A stretch of 54,389 nucleotides of DNA from IMG/VR virus record IMGVR_UViG_3300021478_000036, positions 1 to 54,389 of that record; one strand, written 5' to 3'. Positions 46,148 to 53,100 of this stretch are shown here, piece by piece. The stretch's first letter is position 1, and every line of letters begins with the position of its first letter. The notes under the pieces were generated by a model that was not told the DNA's origin, made no database searches, and saw only the letters and a program-made list of their open reading frames with translations. A program made the position numbers and the translations under genes. This stretch comes from a virus (lineage: Duplodnaviria; Caudoviricetes).

Positions 46148-46418
46148 CTCACTATTGTTAGTGATGCTTGCAGCACCAGCGGAAAGCAAATGCTATAGTA
46201 GATGGTACTATCCTTATCCTCAACCTCAACCTTGCGGGCGTGGCGAAACTGGTAGACGCATGGCACTTAAAATGCCAGAGCCTAGTGCTATGAAGGTTCA
46301 AGTCCTTCCGCCCGCACCAGAAGATGAAGACCGCTCATGGTATGTAGAGATCACTGCTCTACCACCTGCTTGGGAAAGAGAGATAGCATTAGATAATCTA
46401 AAAGAACAACTGAAATAA
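46125..46418 (+). CDS. Putative secreted small protein whose ORF spans a tRNA gene
   Basis: AGGAGG RBS, signal-peptide-like MKRSLGFSSLLLVMLAAPAES, then CYSRWYYPYPQ; the frame stays open across the tRNA. Confidence 0.5.
   Translation: MKRSLGFSSLLLVMLAAPAESKCYSRWYYPYPQPQPCGRGETGRRMALKMPEPSAMKVQVLPPAPEDEDRSWYVEITALPPAWEREIALDNLKEQLK
46234..46319 (+). tRNA. trnL: tRNA-Leu (anticodon TAA)
   Basis: GCGGGCG-TG-GCGAAACTGGTAGACGC-A-TGGCA-CTTAAAA-TGCCA-variable arm-GAAGG-TTCAAGT-CCTTC-CGCCCGC-A-CCA. Confidence 0.93.
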
Positions 46419-46422
46419 AAAG

Positions 46423-46468
46423 TAGGCCGGAGAGACGATGGGGGAGGACACCATCTCAATCCGGCCTA
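46423..46468. terminator. Hairpin where the two genome arms converge (possible bidirectional terminator)
   Basis: taggccgga...tccggccta stem flanked by A runs, between convergent ORFs. Confidence 0.55.
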
Positions 46469-46490
46469 TAAAACCCACCCCGAGGAAGAG

Positions 46491-46844
46491 TTAAGGGGGT
46501 GGGGATGGTTTATCTAGCACACCTTCTTGAATAGGTATATCCCCAATCACACCAGTCGCTGGACGATGTGGTGGACGATAGAGAGGATTATTATTACCAT
46601 CAGAACGATATCCATCTACTGCTGGCAAGCAACGATCAAACACTTTATCCATTAATCTACCTAAGTTATCTTGCTGCCGACCAAGGTAATAAGTTCCAGC
46701 ACCAATGAAAGCAATGTTAAGAGCTACCATAACAACTAGAATGGGTGATCCTTTAAGTGCCCCAATAGTTTCTGTTGCTACTCCTATTACTCCACTGGAA
46801 GGTTGAATGATAATGTTTGGTTTCTGTGGATCAATATTGCTCAT
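46491..46844 (-). CDS. Membrane protein in lysis cassette
   Basis: One transmembrane helix ILVVMVALNIAFIGAGTYYL; Pro-rich tail. Confidence 0.6.
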   Translation of the reverse strand: MSNIDPQKPNIIIQPSSGVIGVATETIGALKGSPILVVMVALNIAFIGAGTYYLGRQQDNLGRLMDKVFDRCLPAVDGYRSDGNNNPLYRPPHRPATGVIGDIPIQEGVLDKPSPPP

Positions 46845-47062
46845 GACTTCATTACTCTCGCGACACCATATAAACCAATAGCGAAGCCTGCGATTTCGAG
46901 CGACGACCTAAAGATATGCTCGGGCGAACAAAGGTCAGTTTGTATAGGCCCAACTTGTGCCAGTGCAAAGCATTGACGTATCGCATAGAAATCCATGATA
47001 GCGAAAACACCAAGAATAGCCAGTGCCCCCACGAGAGCGATAATACCACTGATGTTAGCCAT
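46841..47062 (-). CDS. Small two-TM membrane protein (holin candidate)
   Basis: Two hydrophobic segments, downstream of the endolysin. Confidence 0.55.
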   Translation of the reverse strand: MANISGIIALVGALAILGVFAIMDFYAIRQCFALAQVGPIQTDLCSPEHIFRSSLEIAGFAIGLYGVARVMKS

Positions 47063-47063
47063 G

Positions 47064-47417
47064 TTACTTCAGAAATTTTAACAAACCTGCTGGAGGAAAG
47101 AAGGTTGCGGCAGCACCTATAATCATATCCTTGATATCAGTAGTGTTATAGTCCTCCGCTTTTATAGCCGGTAGCAGGTCAGATATAATTTTGGTGGCAC
47201 TCTCAAGCACTGCTTCAGGGTTAGCAATCTTCCCCTCTTGAACAAGCTTACCCGCTTCAGTCATTGCCGCATTACGTATCTCAGCCTCGTTACTATCACT
47301 TTCTTTTATCTCAAGATAAGTTCGTAGCCAATTAAACATATAGGCAACAAGCGCAGTCACTGCGGCACCAGCTGCCGATATACAAATAGATTGTATTTCT
47401 CCAAGGATACTTTCCAT
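47064..47417 (-). CDS. Holin-like membrane protein
   Basis: Start moved to MESILG; N-terminal transmembrane helix, directly after the endolysin. Confidence 0.5.
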   Translation of the reverse strand: MESILGEIQSICISAAGAAVTALVAYMFNWLRTYLEIKESDSNEAEIRNAAMTEAGKLVQEGKIANPEAVLESATKIISDLLPAIKAEDYNTTDIKDMIIGAAATFFPPAGLLKFLK

Positions 47418-47418
47418 C

Positions 47419-48102
47419 TTACTCTTCCTTTGGCGGTTCCGGCATATGTGGGTGTTCAGGCAAACCGGGTAATGTCTCATCGACTAGAGGCGCTGCCACC
47501 GATACACCCGGAACTTGCTTGAGTGCGTTCTTAAACTTCCAGTAATAGCCTGCGATAGTCTGTGCCTTGTCAGTGCCATTCACAATGCGTCTAGCATTTA
47601 TTGGGTCTTCAATACCCTTAGATTTACTCAGATACTTGGGCAAACCTACACCAGTGAACCACCCATATACCATGCCATCATAGGATACAAGTGCTGATAT
47701 CTCAGGGTCAAGCATACCTGAAGCATCTGGATAGATTTTGCAGTCTTTATTATATCTATCCTTCACGTATTGTTGACCGTTCTTATAGTTCGTTTCCCAT
47801 GTAAGTTGTACATGGCCTCGCCCATAGTAGCATTGTCCATAGGGACCAGCAGGCTTACCATAACTCTTACCGGACCCGCGCCCATACTCTTCAATGGGTT
47901 GCATAGTGTATGCTGTTTCATGGTAGAACGTAGCCAGTGCATAAGCTAGCCACATAGTACCATCGTTGGGATTGTTAGCTTCAAAGCCCCACTCCCAAAC
48001 CTCAAGCAAATAGTTCATACCATCGACTTGAGATTGAGTAAGTGTGCCGTTGAATAAATCCTTGCGGACAGTATCGAAGAACCACTTACGATCATAGGGC
48101 AT
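47419..48102 (-). CDS. Endolysin, glycoside hydrolase family 19
   Basis: AYALATFYHETAYTMQPIEE, YYGRGHVQLTW..NY and ARRIVNGTD. Confidence 0.88.
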   Translation of the reverse strand: MPYDRKWFFDTVRKDLFNGTLTQSQVDGMNYLLEVWEWGFEANNPNDGTMWLAYALATFYHETAYTMQPIEEYGRGSGKSYGKPAGPYGQCYYGRGHVQLTWETNYKNGQQYVKDRYNKDCKIYPDASGMLDPEISALVSYDGMVYGWFTGVGLPKYLSKSKGIEDPINARRIVNGTDKAQTIAGYYWKFKNALKQVPGVSVAAPLVDETLPGLPEHPHMPEPPKEE

Positions 48103-48117
48103 CAAAACCTCCTGTAG

Positions 48118-48140
48118 TAAAACGGGGGGCTGACCCCCCG
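48118..48140 (-). terminator. Rho-independent terminator upstream of endolysin
   Basis: cgggggg-ctga-ccccccg stem followed on the minus strand by tttt. Confidence 0.7.
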
Positions 48141-48154
48141 CTCACTATTTATAG

Positions 48155-48673
48155 TTACTTCGGTACAGCGGTGCTCGCATCACTTACCGAAACTTTCCAT
48201 TCTTGCTTGGTGGGGTTCCATACCGCCGCAACATAACTGTTAACGATATCTTCAGGAGGCGGAGGTAACTCCTCACCAGCTGGTGGCTCCCACGGGTGAG
48301 TAGGAACAGGAGGTGGTTCTGGAAGACCCTGATCGGGATGAGCCGGAAGACCATGATCGGGATGACCGGGATGATAGATAGGTGGGGACACTCCTACATT
48401 ACCACCCGGTAAGCCTTGATCTGGACGAACAGGAGGTGTCCAAGAGCCCGGAGGACGATTACCGGGACGCTCTCCACCACCCCAACCATAACCCGGATCA
48501 ATAGGACGATCCCAAGAACCCGGAGGTCTGTTACCTACATGCGGGGGCCTACCACCCCAACCGGGAGGTAAGCCCTGATCTGGATGTTCACCACCATTAC
48601 CACCGGGAGGTAAACCCTGATCGGGATGGCGATCACCATAGTAGAGTTTCCCTACGAATACAACGTCTGTCAT
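48155..48673 (-). CDS. Pro/Gly-rich repeat protein (HPDQGLP repeats)
   Basis: [HR]PD[QH]GLP x5 and GNRPPGSW x2; AGGAG RBS. Confidence 0.75.
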   Translation of the reverse strand: MTDVVFVGKLYYGDRHPDQGLPPGGNGGEHPDQGLPPGWGGRPPHVGNRPPGSWDRPIDPGYGWGGGERPGNRPPGSWTPPVRPDQGLPGGNVGVSPPIYHPGHPDHGLPAHPDQGLPEPPPVPTHPWEPPAGEELPPPPEDIVNSYVAAVWNPTKQEWKVSVSDASTAVPK

Positions 48674-48728
48674 ATACTTTCTCCTAGTTAAGTCACTATG
48701 ATTAGTGACCGAGTTTACGCCGTAAACT

Positions 48729-49094
48729 TTACGCGGACGGATTGTTTCTACCAGTCCTTTCTCTTTCTGCTGCTGCCGCTGCCTTACCCGGCACTACACC
48801 ACCAGTTACCTTGGCGATTTCAGACTCAACAACTCTTCGGATGCTTTGGGCAATCTCGCCAATCATATTGCCACTGGCTTCATCCATCATAGCTTTGAGA
48901 GCAGGGTTATTTTCAACCTGCGTCCTAAACCTATCAGGTGCGCCTTTCATATTCGTAACGATCTCACCTGCCAATGCAGTGATAGCATCAGATGCCATAC
49001 CGCCGGGAGAACCAGTAGGTGCTGGTGCGGGTGCATCAGGTGCAGGAGCATCACGGGTAGTAGGAGGAGCAGGGTGTTGCGGTTGTGTTGCCAT
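48729..49094 (-). CDS. Hypothetical protein
   Basis: 121 aa, GAGG RBS. Confidence 0.65.
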   Translation of the reverse strand: MATQPQHPAPPTTRDAPAPDAPAPAPTGSPGGMASDAITALAGEIVTNMKGAPDRFRTQVENNPALKAMMDEASGNMIGEIAQSIRRVVESEIAKVTGGVVPGKAAAAAERERTGRNNPSA

Positions 49095-49127
49095 TTGAGT
49101 TTCCTCGTTTAAGTGTTGATGTGATTT

Positions 49128-49484
49128 CTACCAACGTCGCCAACTTGATACGGCACCTCCCTTGTTATAGGCTGAAGCTTTAACCCTCCCAGTTATCTTG
49201 TTATCACTATCGCTAGTGACGTCAGGGTCTTTCGCTGCCGCTATACGACCCGCAATCTTAGGAGGGGAAGGGGTAGGGATATCGGCGGAAGCTACTGGTC
49301 CGCCGTCATCATACTTTTTTGTTTTCTTCACAGGTTGATACTCCTCTTTACCTTTAGCTGCTTCACGCTTTTCAGAGAGCATGATAGCAACAGCTTGTTT
49401 CCGTTTTGTGACAGGCGGTCCTTTTGCACTACCGGAGTGCAACTTTCCTTCTTTAAACTTATGCATCACCTCATCGTATGGCAT
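49128..49484 (-). CDS. DUF6496-like protein with GG-x-V repeats
   Basis: VMHKFKEGKLHSGS..GPPVTKRKQAVAIMLSE; YDDGGPV and YNKGGAV. Confidence 0.7.
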   Translation of the reverse strand: MPYDEVMHKFKEGKLHSGSAKGPPVTKRKQAVAIMLSEKREAAKGKEEYQPVKKTKKYDDGGPVASADIPTPSPPKIAGRIAAAKDPDVTSDSDNKITGRVKASAYNKGGAVSSWRRW

Positions 49485-49581
49485 ATTACATTTTCCTTCT
49501 GTATTACTCTATGCCATTATTCGTATCATTATTTATAGTGACGCTTTCTGTCTAGGCAGTTTTTTAGAGTGACCCATTACG

Positions 49582-49653
49582 CATATGTCGTAGCGTCGAT
49601 CTGAGCAACGATCGTCGTAGCTAAGTACGACCAGCTCAACGCTACGACATATG
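49582..49653. other. Long imperfect intergenic hairpin
   Basis: Nested stems catatgtcgtagcgt/acgctacgacatatg, tgagc/gctca and gtcgta/tacgac. Confidence 0.8.
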
Positions 49654-49711
49654 TATAATCGCATAGTATTGTACAAGTTAAATTTGTGTAGGTCATAATT
49701 TCGCCACAATC

Positions 49712-49906
49712 TTATGTTACACTTAAAGAATGGGGTAATTGAGGATCGGAGCGCCGAACCCCCTTCCCCCCATACTGGAAGGCCGATAGGCTCAACAGGG
49801 ACCGGGGTAGGACAGACTTTATAGGGTTCCGGCTAGGGTAGTAGCCAAAATGAAAGAGGCCACTCAGCGAGCTTCCTAGGGGCCTTAGAAAAACACCAGT
49901 TGTCAT
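49712..49906 (-). CDS. Possible hypothetical protein
   Basis: Strong AAGGAG RBS but atypical composition. Confidence 0.35.
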   Translation of the reverse strand: MTTGVFLRPLGSSLSGLFHFGYYPSRNPIKSVLPRSLLSLSAFQYGGKGVRRSDPQLPHSLSVT

Positions 49907-49971
49907 CTGTATATCTCCTTTCTGTTTTTCAGAAGTCGATTACCGGGCACTTATCTCACTATCCATAGTGA

Positions 49972-50154
49972 TCAAAGTCTGTTCGTTAAGACTAGGATCA
50001 AGACTATAATCAGGATGACCCCGACTATTCCGATACCACCATTGCCGAAGCCATAGCCCGGTTGCCAAGGCGCACCAGTGTAGAAGTGTGGACCTACCCC
50101 ACCTACCAGAACTAGGATAAGTATGACCACCAAGATTAGACCGAGTGTACTCAT
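49972..50154 (-). CDS. DUF3309-like small membrane protein
   Basis: LGLILVVILILVLVGG...GYGFGNGGIGIVGVILIIVLILVLTNRL: two transmembrane helices with a Gly-rich loop. Confidence 0.75.
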   Translation of the reverse strand: MSTLGLILVVILILVLVGGVGPHFYTGAPWQPGYGFGNGGIGIVGVILIIVLILVLTNRL

Positions 50155-50177
50155 GTCATTCTCCTCACTATCAATAG

Positions 50178-53100
50178 TTACAACCCGTAGTAGTTTTGCA
50201 ACTGTTGTATCCTCTCACGATTACGGTTGGTGAGTGTTTTTCCTAATCCTGATGGTGCTGTTGACCTTCGGATGGCTTTCGCTACATCCTGCGGAGTTAT
50301 ACGATCCTCTGGATGTTGCAGGTTGTATGCTGATACTTGTTGCATTGCTCTAAGTCTATCCGGTCCTGCATTAGATGTACCCACAGCATTGAGTAGTTGA
50401 GAGACTTCATCCCTTGAAGTCTTTTCTGCTCTTAGCTCTGCTGTACGTGCTTCTCTATATCGTTCCTGTCTTGCCGGTGTTAGACCAAGACCTTGCATGA
50501 TTGCCTCACCAGTACTATAAGGAGGCATACCCGGCACACCAGTCCCAGTTGGTTTCCCTTCTGTGTAGCCACTCCATGCTTTAGCCCAATCATTTATGAT
50601 CTTAAGAGGTACTAACTTAGCAATAGCGTCAGCATAGTTCCCCTGCCGTAGATCATTAATGCCATGAACTACATTTGATACTGTTTGACCGGGAGCACCA
50701 CCCACTAATCCCCACATCCATGCAGAGAAGTCAGGTAAGCTAGAACTCTGTGGCTCACCGAACACTAACAAACTTCCAAACCCTATACGATCGGCACCAA
50801 AGAAACTAAACGGACCTAATGAACCAAGTAAGCCATCCATAGCTAGATTAGCAAATCCTGATCCACCCAGCTCTGCAAACTTCTCTCTCATAGCATCCTG
50901 AGCATCCGACCAATTATAATTAGTAATATTAAGAGCACCAGCGAGAGCAAGGGCAATTCGCATAGGATCAGAAGGAAGGCCATTAACACCCGTAAGCGCC
51001 GCTGTAGTTCCAAAGAGATATGCAATTCGTTTCCATGCCTCTACTTTAGCTTCACGGGTTTCACCTTTGAATGCGTTATAAAAACTCCTACAAATATTCA
51101 TCATCATGTTCATGCCCCACCCTCTGAACTGCATTGTGGGGCGCATGTACCATTTAGACATAATAGGTGACATGTTAGCTCGAGACAATAAACCTTGAGA
51201 CTGACTTACCATATCAAACGATGAACGTGTAGCTTGTTCTATATTCTCTCCAGCCTCTCTAGCCCTAATATACGCCAAGGCATGTCCCCATACTCTATTG
51301 TATGCTTCTGTCGATCCCAACAGTTGCCTAGACATACGGTCTAGTTTACTTGACCATGCGTCTAGTTTACCACTGGACATATGATAGATCGAAGTATCAA
51401 ACCCTTGATCTGGATGTACACGTCCAGTTGCTATAGCTTTATCCATAAAGGCTTGAAGCTCTGCGCCGTACCTATGGCTCTTCAATGCATCCATTAAACC
51501 TTCTACATAGTTAAGCCCCTTACTATCTTTAGTGATCACATTCTTAGCTTCTATGACTGAACGCCAAGCGTTCTTAAAACCGGCACCAGAAAGTATTGAG
51601 TGCAGCCTAGCAGCTTCTCCCATAGTGCCTAGTCCACCATACTTAGCTGCTACCATGTCAGCGGTTATGATCTGATGTGTAGCATGTGTAATCACATGTC
51701 CAACAGATACCATGTGGTTTAGGAACGATATGGCTCCTGCTTTTCTTAGTACGGGTGCTACCTTCTTGCCGAGCTTACTATCCTCACCACCCACATAGCT
51801 AGGTGAGCCAAAGAAATTGTCACGGTCATGTAGCTCATCAAGTATAGCACTACGCTCAGTGTTGCCGCGTTCATATTCATTGTCTTTAGCATGTTGGATC
51901 ATTTCATTTTGTATATCGCCCATTTCCTTAGCGTACTTGTTACGAGATATTAAAGCGTTATGCATGTCAGCATATTTGTCATAGGTCTTAATGAAGTCTG
52001 AGTCCCAACCAGCTACCATCTTACGCGGTAGTAATGTCTTAGCAATACGATTGCCTTCCATTGAACCAATGGCGGTATCAGTCAGTAATTGTTTAACCGA
52101 CTTCTTTTGATCTTCGGTATAGTCGGTTCGTCTATCTATGGAGTTTATTAGCTTCTTAAACAATGGGGAAGCTACTTCCATCTGGGAATACCAACCAGTT
52201 TGTTTCAGTGCCGGTTCAGCTATCTTAGCGAACGCACCAGTTGCTTTCAATTCCTCAAAGCGTTTCTTAGCTGACGATAGATTGTCATGTCCAGAATAAT
52301 ACTTATCATTAACCTCCACACGCCAAGCTCGGTTGTCTTTAGCAAAGCCCATAGACCCATCAGGGTTCTGCCAATTCTCTGCCTTAGAAGTTACTTCACC
52401 TTTGTCATTGTAGTGTACAACATATGGACGAGAGTTGGGTGGTTGTTTACTTAGAAACTCTCTCATCGCTTCAGGAGTTTTAAACTCATATGTGTTGTCG
52501 TTTATTTGCTTGCCATTTGTTGGTGGGGTTATTTTATAACGTGCATTGATAAGCCAATCACCAGCATGATCTAATGGCACATACGGTCCCTTCGGCACCG
52601 AGAGTGCATGTATATCATCTGTAGTGTCGATGCCTCTGTTAGCTAGCCATTCCGTATCGTTCTCTGTTAGGTCATCATCTAGTATTCGTTGCCGTAGTCC
52701 AGCTTTATTTTTATCCCAATCCGTCTCGAATTTATTATGGTACTTGGCGTATTCTACTGCATCCACTGATTTTGGATTGGTTGGATCGAGCTTCGGCTCT
52801 GCTATGAATTTTCTTCCCTCACTATCTATAGTATGTAGCAAGGCATCCACGGCTATCTCTGCGCGCTCCCTACCCTTGGCAGCATAGTCATCTACTAACT
52901 TACCAAACCATTCCTTTGCTTTCGGATGTAGAGCGTTGAAGGCGCTAAGTAATTCACCACTCTTATCCATTGCTTGTTGGTGCTTATAGAATAGATTGGG
53001 GTCTTCCTCCCCCTTCGCTCTTGCTGCTGCAAGGCGGTCTGCTGCCGTCTTTAACCAACCGTTCATCCCCTCTCCTATAGGAGAGCGTGGATCGAACCGA

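Larger units (their letters stand above)
2054..52834. promoter_or_regulatory. Dispersed 16-bp palindrome family TCACTA-N4-TAGTGA (about 40 copies; putative operator/protein-binding sites)
   Basis: 17 exact copies found by eye starting at 11041, 13131, 15322, 16497, 26553, 29357, 31115, 34062, 35328, 35975, 39149, 42064, 43938, 46149, 48693, 49204 and 49956, plus 21 one-mismatch copies. Confidence 0.9.

Noticed and set aside
46234-46319. tRNA-Leu as an attP or prophage boundary
   Set aside because: It is full length, phage genes continue on both sides, and no integrase or duplicated 3' end was seen.
2054-52834. Palindrome as a known host site (CRP, FNR/FixK, CtrA, LexA, parS, matS, dif) or a REP/MITE element
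   Set aside because: Half-site sequence and spacing match none of these; there are no shared flanks or target duplications.
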